This document shows positions 12,871 to 26,691 of a DNA stretch of 64,000 nt, piece after piece. The position numbers were made by a program, and so were the translations under genes. This stretch comes from Octopus vulgaris (Eukaryota), in NCBI GenBank assembly GCA_951406725.2, contig OX597834.1:4278001-4342000 (forward strand), written 5' to 3'. The notes beneath the pieces are model-generated. The model was given only the letters and a program-made list of their open reading frames with translations. It did no database searches and had not been told where the DNA came from. Positions within the stretch are counted from its first letter, which is position 1. Every line of letters begins with the position of its first letter.

Positions 12871-12910
12871 ACAAAACAAAAAAAACAAACAATATATATA
12901 TGTAAATGTA

Positions 12911-12983
12911 ATATGTGACAATTATTCGGTAGCCAAGATAAAACTCAGAGTTTTATCTTGGCCACCGCATAATTGTCACATAT
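12911..12983. repeat. Near-perfect palindrome, 36-bp arms
   Basis: ATATGTGACAATTATTCGGTAGCCAAGATAAAACTC-A-GAGTTTTATCTTGGCCACCGCATAATTGTCACATAT; 2 mismatches. Confidence 0.9.
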
Positions 12984-13057
12984 TTTTCAGAGATAAATTT
13001 CCTCTATTTACATAATATCGAGGTCTCTTTCTTTCTTTTGTTATATTACTGTTTTTA

Positions 13058-13094
<37 letters not shown>

Positions 13095-13699
13095 CTTTCC
13101 ACTATTTACCAAAAATTATAAACAGTGAGACTATTAATAAAAAAAAAAGACAGAACAACCCTGGTAGATATTTAGATTATATTGATATTAAACTGTAAAT
13201 TGTTCTAAGAATTTAGAAATTTCAAGAAAGTGTGAAATAATTTGTTTTTATCAGTGGAACTCAAAGTAAATAAAGCTATAAATAATAGTCTGTAAAAACT
13301 GTGTTAAAAGAAGCCTTTGAACAGAAAATGTTACTTTTTGTGGAAATCTTGGTTGGTGCATGTGCATTGATATCTTTTGTGATGTTCGTGTCAAAGTTAT
13401 GTTCTGGATGTGTTTAGTAAGAGTTTGTAATTAAATGGCAGTTTATGGGAAAGTGTCAGTAAATGTTGTATGTGTATAGTGAAGTCACCATCTTATCTGT
13501 GTTGCTTGCTTTCACTCATTGACACAACAGTGTGGGATTAATATTGATTTTGATTAGGTTTATAGATTCTGTTAGGATAGTTGTTGCTAAGCGAGTCTTG
13601 TCAACTCTTCTCAATCTCTATCTTAGCTGAAGCCATTATGCTTTTATTGTTGCAGGTGTATTTAGGATTTATACCTTAAAATATTTTGATCTATTTCAA

Positions 13700-13950
13700 A
13701 GTTAGTAGATTTCGTTTTTGGATTTGGTTTGCAAGGTTCTTTATATGAGTTCGTGTGTTGAAGCATATTCTGTTGTCTGGGGAGAGTCATTCTCTTTTTG
13801 TGCCTTATGAGAGTCAAAACTATTGAAAAGATTGCAAGATGCAACGAAAATTTTAAGAGAATAGAAAATAAGAAAAAAGTGGAAATTTTACCGGTGAGTG
13901 TGTTATATCATAAGGCACAAAAAGAAAATGGACTCTCCCCAGACACAACG
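13700..13950. mobile_element. Family F pseudo-LTR repeat with a hammerhead-like motif at 13813-13858 (+)
   Basis: CTA TTGAAAA G ATTGC-AAGAT-GCAAC GAAA ATTT TAA; inverted arms GTTGTCTGGGGAGAGTC / GACTCTCCCCAGACACAAC. Confidence 0.65.
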
Positions 13951-14059
13951 AAGTTGGTAGAGTTTTGCTGGAGTTTTACTTCTTCATTAGGATACGTCCT
14001 ATGTGTGGAAATTATAGGATTAGAGACTTGTTAGCCTTCCATCACACACAATAGACTTA

Positions 14060-15330
14060 CAGGGTGTTCGGGCTAAATTTAACAATTTGCACCAAAAAAA
14101 AAAATGCATTATCCTATCCAAAAATAAAAGTATTTAAAAAATTCAAAAAGTATCAACTAAATAGACGTAGGAGTGGCTGTGTGGTAAGAAGCTTGCTCAC
14201 CAACCACATGGATCCGGGTTCAGTCCCACTGCATGACACCTGGGCAAGTGTCTTCTACTATAGCCTCGGGATGACCAAAGCCTTGTGAGTGGATTTGGTA
14301 GACGGAAACTGAAAGAAGCCCGTCGTATATATGTATGTATATATATATGTATATATATATATGTATCTGTGTGTATATGTTTGTGTGTCTGTGTTTGTCT
14401 TCCCAACATCGCTTGACAACCGATGCTGATGTGTTTAGGCCCCCGTAACTTAGCGGTTCAGCAAAAGAGACCGATAGAATAAGTTCTAGCCTTACAAAGA
14501 ATAAGTCCTGTGGTCGATTTGCTTGACTAAAGGTGGTGCTCCAGCATGGCCACAGTCAAATGACTGAAGCAAGTAAAAGAGTAAAGAGTAAATTGTGGTT
14601 GGAAGAGAACAGTTTACTCAATGTAGCCAACTTCAGCTGCTCCCAAAGCCTCAAAACAACTCTGGAACCTGGTGGATGCATTCCTCGCTGTGTCCCTGAG
14701 AAGATCTTTGAGCCTCACCTTGATCTTAGCCACCAGCTTGGCCATGGTGTTGCAGGCGAAGCAGTTGATGTCTTTCGGGAGAATTAGGAAGCCAGATGTT
14801 GAGGCTGGTGAAGTTGTAGAAATTCTTCAACAACCACTTCTGACTTTTTCTGATGGTATGGCAAGGAACCAAATACTGCTGCCACACATATGACCTTCCA
14901 GCAGCAACCCTCTCCAGTCAGGGTTTGACCATAGTCTCCAGTAGCTTCATATAGCTGTCTGAAATGAGCCTAAGGCCCTGTTGAAAGATGTTGGGTAGTA
15001 TGATGTCACCCTCACAAGAGACACACCCAAAGACCATTATAGTTTTGGGGAACTTGGTTTTCATGAAGTCCATGTCACAGCTCACAGCCTTTACAGTGAT
15101 CAGAGAGCATTGAGCAGCAGTCATGATGTCAGCATTTTGGTACCTGGTGTGAATCATTAGGATATTGGCAACTCTTTTCCAATATTCAGATGGCTTCCAG
15201 TTCTCAGTTAACTTCTTCTCAACTACAACTTTAGTCTTCATGACCTCCAACACCATTGACTGCTCACCAATACATCAAGCGTTCCTGAAAGAAGGGAAAC
15301 AAAAACATCAATTTTAGCTCAAATATCCTG
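14060..15330 (-). mobile_element. Decayed Tc1/mariner-superfamily transposon (maT/DD37D-like) with a SINE A insertion
   Basis: TA-flanked TIRs CAGGGTGTTCGGGCTAAA / TTTAGCTCAAATATCCTG; transposase remnants KTKFPKTIMVFGCVSCEG, YVWQQ, WLPNSP. Confidence 0.85.
14165..14590 (+). mobile_element. tRNA-derived SINE (family A) nested in the mariner
   Basis: Full match to family A. Confidence 0.9.
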
Positions 15331-15499
15331 TAATAACAATCGTGAACAAATGTTTTATTCTAAAATTATGTTTCTGCAACATAAATTCCACACAAATGCA
15401 ATCATGTACATGTTGCTCATTGTATTAAAATTTTTGTAGTTGCATACCTATACTTGATGTGTCAATTACACAGGTGGGTTGTGGATTGGCTTTACCTAT

Positions 15500-15726
15500 T
15501 TAACCCTTTAGTGTTCAGATTATTCAATCAAACGTAATGCTTATTGATTCCCATTGATTTGAATTAATCATGCATTATGTCATATCTTCAAGATCTTGAT
15601 GGTGTAATTACTTAATATAGAATGACATTGTAGGGTAGGTGTGAGAGCCTGGATCTGGTCAGTTTGAACATAAAACAGATTAGCTATTTTGGCCGGATAT
15701 GGCCGGTTTAAATACTAAAGGGTTAA
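15500..15726 (+). mobile_element. piggyBac-type MITE (family E)
   Basis: TTAA-CCCTTTAGTGTT...AATACTAAAGGG-TTAA; about five copies in the window. Confidence 0.85.
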
Positions 15727-16327
15727 GGGACACTCATCATTTATTCACCTCTCAGCTACACTTCACAGTAACTGTTTAGCCTGATTTACTCACTTGCATA
15801 TAAAACCTCCACTGCCATTTTAAATTGTATATATTAAACTCCTTCAGAAATAAGACCAGTTTCACTGGTTAAGAAGAAATTTCTGCTCTTAATGTTAATC
15901 CGTCTAAGTTTCAAAAATCCATCCAATGAATTCTGTTGCTGTTTCTTTGTTTTAATTCATAATGTGGCATAATGTTTGTACGATTGGGACGTTGCAATGC
16001 TCATCTTAGCATAATTCTATGAATTCAAACCTCACAACCTACTAGGAATTTTGTTGGGCCTCCTTACTCAAGGCATATGACTTCGAGCCTTAGTCTGCTT
16101 CATCAACAAAATATTTCCATCTATAAGTTTTCAAAGGATTTCTACCATTAACCATTTGTAAAACCAATTCTAACATCATGCAAAATGTAACAAATTTACA
16201 AAAGTAATTTTACCGTTTACTTCAGAGGTAAACAATTCCCTTACTTAATGATTGCCATGTTATACCCATTTTTTTTTTTTGTTTGAGAGGCTTTAGTACC
16301 CTACATCTTCACTATTCGATTTTCTAG

Positions 16328-16366
16328 TGTACCCTGCTCAGCCTGGGCATCAATACTACAACCCTG
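16328..16366 (+). CDS. 39-nt phase 1-1 coding microexon, (V)YPAQPGHQYYNP(G)
   Basis: TTTTCTAG acceptor, CTG|GTAAGT donor, YPAQPG motif identical to repeats in exon 61469-61828. Confidence 0.8.
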
Positions 16367-16710
16367 GTAAGTGGTAAAGCCCTGTTATATTCATAAGCAC
16401 TATTGTCATGCTGCATGCTCAGGTTTATTATGACATGATTTTTTTTTTTCTTAGTTTGATTTCCCAGTTCTTTCTCCATTCCATTTGTTTTTGTTAGTAT
16501 TGTTATCAAAACCATTACTTGTAGTGGTAGTAGCTGCTGCTGCTGCTACTACTACTACTACTATTACTACTACTACTGCTAATACTACTACTACTACTCA
16601 TCATTTAGAAGAGTTTTGTTGTTCACTATGTTTTCACTGTAACTGAGCATAGTTCCAAGTGTCTTGCATGAATACAGTGTGTTGTGTGTATTTTTATTGC
16701 ATTAACAAAG

Positions 16711-16756
<46 letters not shown>

Positions 16757-18934
16757 GTACTCCCTAATAGTGTTTCTTTGTTATGTTCTGTGTGGTATAA
16801 CCCTGAGGTGTTGGTTACATATATTTCTTTTTCTCCTTTAATGGTCATCATTTCTCTCTGTTGTTTTTTAATTTTGTTTTTTTATATCTCTTTAGAGTTA
16901 TATCTTTTGGTAATTTCTCCTAATTCTTTTATAGTTTGGTTGGAATTGATATCTATCTACCTGGAGATATTTTTTTTCTTTAATGGTCATTGATTCACCT
17001 GGTTTTCATTTATGTTCCTGCTATTTATGTTCCTCTATCCCTAATCTATATGAACACATTATAATGTCCTGAGACTTATAGTAACTTTCTTACGTAGGAT
17101 TGTTATGTGTGCGGCCTCCAGTCTTGTTCTCCCAGAATATATATTTTGTTTATCTAGAAACAGCATATTTATATACTGGTGTTACTCGCTACATTCTGTT
17201 CTAACACACACCTAGTCTCTGTATAGAAGGCTTTAGCCCAGTGTGGCATTCGGGAACTCTTTGGAACTCGGCTTTGAGCTCTCAGATTAAAAACTACTGC
17301 TGGTCAATACGTTGGTCAATTTCTGCCCTGCTCAGTTTGTTATATTGATTTTCTACTGGCACATGTTGTAATTTGTTGTAATTTGTTGTAATTTCTTGTT
17401 AATTTTAAATGTTTTTTTACTTAGTCCTAGTTTCCTTGTCCTCTTCATAATTATCCGTCACTTAAGCCCCTATTTCATATTTCTTGGAAATAACAAGTGT
17501 TCCTTATATTAAGTAATTATAAAGTATTTTATAATTGCTCACTCGCTGCTTTGAATATAATTCTATAGCTACAAAAGGCCTATGCATCCTTACGTTCAAG
17601 GTAAATATACTCCCTCAGTGTCAGTATGAAAAGATTAATATTTTCTAATTTTCATTGAACTATTTTTGATATCTTATTAATTTGAGAAGCTGTTTCCATT
17701 CAATCTGTCTGAGATCACACTGCTTCTTTTGTCTAATGCTGATTGCACTAAGTCAATAATATCCATTTCCTATTAGCTCCTTTCTTATATATTAATCAAA
17801 ACTTCTGAAATAGTATTGTGATTTTTGAAGTTCTCTCTACTGAAACTTTTGATATTTGTCATGCTAACTCTTAGGTCATTGAAACTAGAACCATATTTGT
17901 AGTTTTGAAACTTTATTTTGATATTATCCAAGGAGAAGCATATCATCACTGATAACCAGTCCAGTCCAGTGTTATCGCTTTCAGAACTCTCAGCTTTTAT
18001 TCAATGTTTCCCTTCTTTTATTGTTATATAACCAGAAGAAATATTTGTTCCAATTTAAACTCAAAAGCTTACAAATAAAAAACAAAGCAAAACTTTAACC
18101 TAAAGTTGTCACAAATTGAATGTTTTTTTACACTATTAATTATAATTACTAATACCAGAAAAAAGTTGTGTTTTTGGGAGCATATTTCTTATACGTTTTG
18201 TTTATCAAATAATTTTGTTCTTCATAAACCCTCTCGTTAGCCTAGCATATGTCATGATGAATAACTGGGTCATATACTCATTATCCAAAGAACTTACTAA
18301 AATTATAATTTCTGATAAACAAAAATATGACATTTTTAATTTACTTAATAATTATTATCACTCTAGTTACTCTTTTGTTAACGGGTTTTCAATTAAATTG
18401 CAAAATAATAATTTTAGACTGGTTCTTTTACTAATCTGTTATGTTGTTTACTGATATATGTTGACTTTGTGCTGTGATACAAATAAAAGGTGAAAATTTT
18501 GTCTCAGAACTTCTGGTTTCAGGTAAATGCAGTGAAATGTAAAAAATATTTAAATTTGTTTTAATATTTTCATAAAACATGAGTTTTAGCCATTATTCAG
18601 TTTCGATAAATATCAATTGTTGTCTGTGTCCCTGTTTAATAATTTAGTCAATGAAGAATTATACTCATTGTTGGATTTTCATTTGAGTTTGAATTCATAA
18701 AATGGGTAAATAGCTTGAAGGTTCGATTTTCTAGTTGTCTTCAAACACCCACACAACACACCCTTCACATGCCTACACACTAACCCCTTCACACTCCCTC
18801 TCTGTCTTATTTCTATATCAGTCCAATATAATAATCAGACTTTGTTAGCCATCTTTAATTTCAGTTATATGAATATTAAGAATAGAAAATAAAATAAAAT
18901 TTGAGTAAAGTATTTTAAGAAAATTTCTCATATT

Positions 18935-19164
18935 TGAACCCTTTCGTTACTGTATTCATTTTGAGATGCTCTGTGTTTCTTTCAATTATTTTAAAATATA
19001 ACAAAGAATTTAGTAAAATAACTTAGTTATCATTAAAGCTAGTGTTGTGAATATAAATTGTGACTAAGGTTTGGTGGAAGATTTTTATTCAAAACTTATG
19101 AAAACAAGACATTTGTACTCAGAGCCAGAGCCGGTTTCAGTCAGGTTAATAACAAAAGGGTTAA
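18935..19164 (+). mobile_element. piggyBac-type MITE (family D), monomer
   Basis: Matches the 2782-3010 unit. Confidence 0.88.
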
Positions 19165-20974
19165 GCAATTGTCTAATATTTATTTCATGAAAAGATGTAG
19201 AACATAATAATGCATCTGTAGAACATCTGGATGTTTTGCCTTTCTGATGTTGATGTTTTCAGTAGAGCCTCTTGTGGTTAAGATGTGTATTTTATAGAGA
19301 TTGGCTTATTCCAACAAACTTATTTGCCTTTCCTTTTGGGTTTCTTTCTCTTTGGCCATCGGTGTTGTTGCAGCAGCTGCTGCTCAGACCAGCAGATGCT
19401 GACATCACTTTTGTGTCTTTTGCTGCTACCAGAAGAGTAAGATGTTACATTGTCTATGAAAACCCCTAAATATGAGAACAGCAGACTAACGGTATGACTA
19501 GCAAAAGGAATGACAATCGCATCCAATAAAAAACAAAAAAAAATCAAAAGGGACATCACCCTTCAGTAATTTCTGGAACCCAATTGTTTTGGTGCCCCTT
19601 ATGGAAGAACAGTTATCAAATCCTTTGATATTTTCTAAAGAAGTATTTCTTAAACATTTCAAACTTTTCTTTTATTAACACTTGTTACTAACCCCTTTGA
19701 TCTGATGCAACACTCTCCCATGCATATACGCATAATATCAGGCCAGAGTTCTGGATGCTAGCTTGATGCAAATGACGAACTTACTGCTGCACCACTTGAC
19801 TATAAGCAAATATTTAACACATCACTGCTTGACTTTAATTATTTACTCAACCTTTAGCACATATTGTTAGCCAAACTTAAGTATGTATTTTTGTACTTCT
19901 TACATAATCCCATAGCAACCAGCTGAAAATTATCTTTCCATTCCAGTTTATCATTGTATTTTCTATATATTCACACACGCACACATGTGCACTGGGAATT
20001 CATATGATTATGCAACAAGTAATTTATTAATTTTTTTAATCTCTTCCCCTAAAATCCTAAAACTTCCACCCTTTCTCAAACTTTGTTTAAAATACAGTCA
20101 GTCCAAATTTGTCATGTATGTTTTATTTATAATTTCAAAATAATTTTTGAAATTCAAATTCAAAAAGTTACAAACATTCATACATTTATCTGTTTATACA
20201 AATGGGTAGATTGAGATTAACAGATGACACTCCTAACTAGAATCAACATCATTCAGATATGTACATAATGCATTTTGGTAACATCTGGACTCATATTAAT
20301 TATGACAGAACATTTTTGTGGCTAACAGATATGTTATCACTATTTTTTTTTTTTATGAAAGACTGTTCCATCTTGAATGATTTACAAAAACACTTGTTTT
20401 GTATTTTTTCCATTGATAATTTTTTGCAATCTTACTGTTCGGAAAGACTCTTAAATGCCATCAAAAGACGATCAGCTAAAATAACCAACAATAAGCCGTT
20501 CCCTTTTGGCTTTCCATTGGCTTCTTTTTTTTTCTCCATGAATTAAGAAATATCATCACTAGATTTAACCATCTCCAAGCATTTCTTATGTTTGAAGTTT
20601 TGTGTTTCATAAACTTGGCTGTATCTGCATTACTCAGAGTAATGGATGCAGCATCTACTTCCTTACTGCCACCCACCATTCCTTCCTCAAGTACCAGCAA
20701 CTTAAAAAGATGAAAATTGGAATTCTACAGATCAGCATTACTAATGTTCGTAACTCTGAACTGACAGGAATGCTCTTCTTGCTCACCATTACCACTACCA
20801 CCACCACCACCACTGTCGCCACCACCACCATCATCATCATCATAATTCATTTTAATTCTGTAACTCATGTGGAGAACATAGACAGTAAAAGGTTCAATTA
20901 TTAGCGATGTAAGTATCAATTTTCAGGAAAAATACAAACATCTGCCAAAAGTACCATGTGTAATATATTAGTGG

Positions 20975-21146
20975 AATTAGAAAATTACTATTTTTAAATC
21001 TCACAACGTAAGATATTCAGCAACAGTACTTTTTAGTAAAGATTATTTTTTCAAAGTGACAACTAGTCATTGATTTATAAATTAGAAAATTACTACTTTT
21101 AAATCTCACAATGTGAGATATTCAGCAACAGTATTTTTTAGTAAAG
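20975..21146. repeat. Local direct duplication (~68 bp, ~104-bp period)
   Basis: AATTAGAAAATTACTA.TTTTAAATCTCACAA...CAGCAACAGTA.TTTTTAGTAAAG occurs twice. Confidence 0.8.
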
Positions 21147-22194
21147 GTTGTTCGAAAATATAAGGACACAAATCGTGTTGTATAGCCAGCTGGAGACGAT
21201 GTCTCTTGGGACTAAATTACAGCAACATTAGTCCTGAACCAGGACTGCCATTAGTAAACAATCTTTATTACGATTAGTGGAATTGTTTATCATAAAATTA
21301 CATTTTTAAATTGTGACTTGTTAAAAAGACAAATATTTAAAATACTTTCTAACAGGTTTGAAAAATTATTGTTAAAATTATGAATAATTTATATTTAGCA
21401 GATGACCATCAGTTTGATGGCCTTCTAAGGACTGATTTATTATTTTATAATTTGACATACATAAATTGTTAACACTTCCTTACACACACTGAATTATCAA
21501 CAGGAAATATTTTTTAGATTGTTGACTTTAGCTTTTCAGCTGTTTTTTAAAATTTTTTACAAAATGCAAAATGTCAAAACAACAAAGGTTTATTTCATCA
21601 GAACTCTTGTAAAAGTATATATATATATATATATAGTAATTGAATACAGAATGTGATATTTGCTGACAAATGGTCATTTAGCTGAGCAGCAGACTACAGG
21701 TAACGAGCAACTTAGGAAAAACTATTGTGATAATTAATGGGGGACTTTTGAACGTCTGACTTCCTCTGTATAATGGATTATTTTATGAATGTGTCAGACC
21801 AGTTTTCATTGCTTGGAGCAGATATGTTGCATCGAAGTTGACAATTGGAATATGCAGTCTGCATTTGTAGCCATAGCTATTTTGGGGCTATCTTTAAGTT
21901 TTCATTTTCAAATATGATTTTCATTTCATACCTCAACATTTTGTTACTGCATTAAGTTGAGTTAAAGAATTATGTAAGAATGCTTTCACTTTCAGTTTCC
22001 ACTTAATGAAACCCAGCTCAGAGTTATATTAACTTCAACCCAAAATAATATTGCATTTACTTCTAAATTTATTAGTAAAGTGAAATGTAATTTTTCTTGC
22101 TGGGAATCAAAGTCAAATCTGTGGATTTACTTATTAAACATACCACTACATATGTTGTCATTTTCTGTTTGACCATTTAAAAACTACTTGCATC

Positions 22195-22927
22195 ATGGCT
22201 GTGTGGATAGGCACAGGTGTGGCCATGTGGTAAGAAGTTCAGTCTCATTGTATGGTGCCTTGTTAGTGGATTAAAAGAAACCCATCATATATATGTATAT
22301 CATCATCATCATCGTTTAACGTTCGCTTTCCATGCTAGCATGAGTTGGACGGTTTTGACTGAGGGCTGGCAAACCAGATGGCTGCACCAGGCTCCAATCT
22401 TGATCTAGCAGAGTTTCTACAGCTGGATGCCCTTCCTAACGCCAACCACTCTGAGAGTGTATACGTCCATGTTTATGTGTTTTTGTGTTTGTGCTGCATT
22501 CATCACCCACAGGTGTTGGTTTGTTTATATCCCCATAATTTAGCAGTTCAGCATAAGGGACTCATAGAATAAGTACCAGGCTTAAAAAATAAATGCTGGG
22601 GTCAATTTGTTTCATTAAACTTTCTAAAGCAGTGCCCTAACATGGCTGCAATCCAATGACTGTAACAAGTAAAAGATAAATTTCATATTCCACAACATTT
22701 TCTACAGTTTAGAGATCTAGCTTATCAACATCAGTGTTAAAAGCAATGTGGGGTATATATTCATAAAATCTCTATATTAGTCACAGGTGTGGCTGCATGG
22801 TAAGAAGCTTACCTCCCAACCACATGGCTCCAGGTTCACTCTCATTGCATGTCACCTTGAGCAAGTGTCACTTTGACCAAAGCCTTGTAAGTGGATTTGG
22901 CAAATGGAAACTGAAAGAAGCCTGTTG

Positions 22928-22960
<33 letters not shown>

Positions 22961-23222
22961 TATATTTATGCGTGTCTTCATGTCTGTTTGTCCTCTCCAC
23001 CATTTCACAACTGATGTTGGTGAGTTTACGACCCCCGTAACTTAGCAGTTCAGTAAAAGAGACCAATAAAATAAGTACTAGGCTTAAAAGTACTTATAGA
23101 CCGATAAGTACTGGGTTTAAACGAATTAGTCCTGGCGTTGATCTCTTCAACTAAAAAACCCTTTAAGGCAGTGCTCCAGCATGGCCACAGTCAAATGACT
23201 GAAACAAGTAAAAGAATGAAAG
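22195..23222 (+). mobile_element. Two diverged family A SINE copies, the first interrupted by family B at 22300-22460
   Basis: Recognisable heads and CAGCATGGCCACAGTCAAATGACTGAAAC tails. Confidence 0.75.
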
Positions 23223-23497
23223 AATATTTTTTTCTTTGCATTTATTTAATTAAAAAAATTTTTTTGTTATTTCATATCTTCATGATTACAGGGACCTTGC
23301 AAGTTGCTCTATTAAAAATCAGAGCAACCTGAAAGGTCCCTGTAATTTGTAGAAGCTCCTTGTCATCAGTTGCATAATATTGGCTTGGCATCCACCAACA
23401 GAACATCTTCAACTAAAAGATTTGTTTTTAATTGGTGAATAGACCTCTTTATGAAAATATTCCCACAGGCACAATCCAAATGGATTTTCCTTCACTG

Positions 23498-23794
23498 AAC
23501 CATCCGAACGTGGCCGTAGCCAGCACCACCTTGACTAGCCTCCATGCCGGTGGCACGTAAAAATCACCATCTGATCATGGCCATTGCCAGCTTCGTCTGG
23601 TCTCCGTGCCGGTGGTACGTAAAAAGCACCCACTACACTCACGGAGTGGTTGGCGTTAGGAAGGGCATCCAGCTGTAGAAACATTGCCAGATCAGACTGG
23701 GCCTGGTGCAGCCTCCTGGCTTCCCAGACTCCAGTTGAACCGTCCAACCCATGCTAGCATGGAAAGTGGACGTTAAACGATGATGATGATGATG
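23498..23794 (+). mobile_element. RTE 3'-UTR repeat (family B)
   Basis: GGCGTTAGGAAGGGCATCCAGCTGTAGAAA...CGTTAAAC(GAT)n. Confidence 0.85.
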
Positions 23795-25059
23795 AATCAT
23801 TGTACAGCTTTGAGAAAAAAGTCTTTCATGTGGTATGCAGTTAGTATAAAAGTGATACCACTGGATGTAAGGCTTCTGGGAGAATTAACTCTCACTTAGT
23901 AAGGTTTTAGATTTTCAGTCATCAAAACCGATTGTGTAGCCATTGTGTCACTCAGATTGGCCATTCATTTGTAGATTGCAGTTAGAATTTATTCACAAGT
24001 TTGATTTTTAAAAAATGATTAAACCTTCAGACATAAACTAATGTCCACAGTCACTATGTATACCAGCTGGAGTTCCATTTAACACAAATGACCAAGTTAA
24101 TAATTTGATTTCTGTAGCAGCACTAATTTCTGGACATGGATATGTAATTGTGAATCTTGATCATCAGCAATAACCAAAATTTACTCAATTTTTTGACCAG
24201 CATTTACAGAACAAGGAACATAAGTTAGAAATCTTCTGTAATACAACATGCAAAATGATATGAAAGTGGTGCAAAGTCTTTGAAGACAAAATATGTCGAA
24301 GGAATTAATGTGCATTACTCAACACAATAACTTATGGTTGGTGCGTTTTGTTGACTATGAGATAAGCATGTTAAATAAGACAAGTGAAAAAGGAAAAGAC
24401 CGACTTACTGAGCAGAGTAACACAGATTTCCCTTGGCAGCTTAGAAGCTCTGACCTAGATTGAATTTGCCAGCTTTTTACAACTGTAAGCTACCCTTCTA
24501 AAACCTTCAGCAAAACTGTTTAGAGGGGAGAGCTTGCACACTTCCTTTGATGTGTGGTGCATTAACCGAAAGGCAGCCAGTGCTGATTGGTTGGGCCATA
24601 TTCATGTAGGCATTAATACCTTTCATGGTGATATTTTTTTTGTTTTATGGGAGTACAATAGACCATAATTCTGAACTACGAAAGTCTGAGAGCTGTGGTT
24701 CAAACCTCAGCTAGAGTCTTGCTACAACCTCAATTGTGAAAAAACTTCCTGTTGAAAAACTTTCTGTTTGCTCTTGTATATGCATTTGTATTTGTCTATT
24801 CTGTAAATTTTTTCAGACTTTTTTTTTTGCTTCAGTTTATGATCATCATAAGGAATGCACCGTAGTTATATTGTTAATTATTTAATTAGAAAAAGAGAGC
24901 TTGGACTTTTAAAAAAAAAATCATCTGAGGAATATTTCAGTGTCATCTGAGTGATTCTGACTAGAATGTCTATCTGGATTAATTGAGCAGGAGTGGAATG
25001 ATCATGTGGCTAATCTGCATTAATGCATTTGTTGGTGATGTGGATATTACAAAACCTTT

Positions 25060-25705
25060 GAACTTAGAATCAAAACCTATTAATTTCTTCAAATTTTTTT
25101 CCTAAAGAACTGCTTGTGACAATAAGCAAGGTCTGCACATCAACAGGGCAAAACCACTTTTGTTACATTAACAGTGAAGACGAAGGCATATTTTGGAGTG
25201 AATTTTCTCGTGGGAGCTGCACAACTTCCAAGTTATAGAAACTATTGGAACACTAATTCAATTTTGAGACTGGAAACCAAATGGTGTCCAGAGATCAGTG
25301 TGAAGAAGGGACAATAATATTTTCATCTAAACAATTGCACCATCAATTCCTGGACCTGGTTAACTTTATAAAATTTGCTCCCATCTTGGTAAAACCTCAT
25401 AACATACAAGCTTCACAAGAATCTTGCAATTGATAAGGCAATGGTTAAATTTAAGTTTAGATTTACCTTTCTCTTTTGTATATCAGCCATGTAATCAGGG
25501 CATCAAAGTCTAAGGTCACTGCCAAAACTCAAAGAGCTTTTGCCTCAACTTCAATATTTACACAAGCAAGAATGAGGGAGGTGTAGGAGGAGAAAACATT
25601 TCATTTGGCACTGAAGTTGTTACAGATCTGTGGAACCTTGTCACAAAAAGTGGCATCATGTTTATTGTAAAAATTTCTTCATATCAGTGAAACTGCTTGA
25701 GGTGT
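25060..25705 (+). pseudogene. piggyBac transposase fossil (PGBD-like DDD domain)
   Basis: Frameshifted motifs PINFFKF, KAYFGVNFLVG..LPSYRNYW, YFHLNN, HKNLAIDKAMVKFK, GIKV, FCLNFNIYT, HHVYCKNFFISVKLL. Confidence 0.8.
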
Positions 25706-25734
25706 ATCACTTAATAATAATAATAATAAAATGC

Positions 25735-26139
25735 TCTGATGCAGTACCAGGCATTGGCTCTCATGGCTTCTGATCTTAACTGTTTGGAAGTGCTATCTTG
25801 TACATAGCCGTGTGTTGAAAGGAATTCTTAGAGGTTTGGATAATTCACCTTTGGAAACATGGGTGGTTCGTTCAACATCCTTAAACAATCCTTATTCAGG
25901 GACCTTTTGAGCGGGATGGGCTCCTCGACCAGAAGAAAATTCTAACTGGGCCCCACCTGCATGGTCATGTGCTGTTTATCTTGATATGAGATCACCATGT
26001 CACGCACATATGGTTGTGATGCAGGTGCCTAGTGTACCCTTATCAGACGGATAGTCATGATGGGTACACTGGGCTTCATATATTTTACCCCAGTGTCACT
26101 TTGATGGCATGAACTGCTCTCTCACTCAATAATAATAAT
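25735..26139. repeat. Unclassified interspersed repeat between (TAA)n tracts
   Basis: GC-richer block bounded by (AAT)n on both sides; only one copy in the window. Confidence 0.4.
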
Positions 26140-26140
26140 A

Positions 26141-26660
26141 GGGCAGAACCTACACTGGAATATCTGTCATCATTATGGCATCCTTCTTCCTAAATACTGG
26201 TTTCAAGACCACCTGGAACCAGTCACAGATGGTAATAAAGTTACTATTCTGTAGGACTTTACCATCCATACAAATAGATGCTGATAGATCTGATATTATC
26301 AAAAATCAAAAAAATGCCTGCTATCTAGTAGATATGACAGTACCACCTGATTGAAATATTTCAGTTAAAGAATTTGAAAAGTTAGCTAAATAGAAGGACC
26401 TAAAGATAGAAATTAGCAGAATGTTAGAAACTGGAAACAGTTATTCCACTGATTGAAGTAGGAGCACCTGACATGGTTAAAAATAGGTCTTCACTCTTCA
26501 TTGATAAAATAGCTGGAAAATCAAATAGACATGATGTCCAAAACACTAACCCTAACAGCCAATCTCTTGAGAAAATTCCTATCATTGCAACATAGTTACT
26601 AGCCTTAGGTCTCAGGTAGAGACCCAACTAGTAACCTACATGCCCCCAAATCAAACTAAA

Positions 26661-26690
<30 letters not shown>
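26141..26690 (+). mobile_element. 3' end of a restriction-like-endonuclease LINE (R4/Dong-like)
   Basis: EPVTDGNKVTIL*DFTIHT, DRSDII, LVDMTVP, ISVKEFEKLAK*KDLKIEI; (TAA)n tail; inserted in a (TAA)n tract. Confidence 0.8.

Positions 26691-26691
<1 letters not shown>

Noticed and set aside
19200-20700. Minus-strand ORFs 19320-19559 and 20476-20700 as a nested gene
   Set aside because: No recognisable domain or consistent splice pattern; possibly a very old transposon remnant.
23606-23680. Twister ribozyme in the family B repeat
   Set aside because: The flanking AGGAAGGGCATCC motif and TGCCGGT recall RTE-linked twister contexts, but the GTCCCAAGCCC core is missing.
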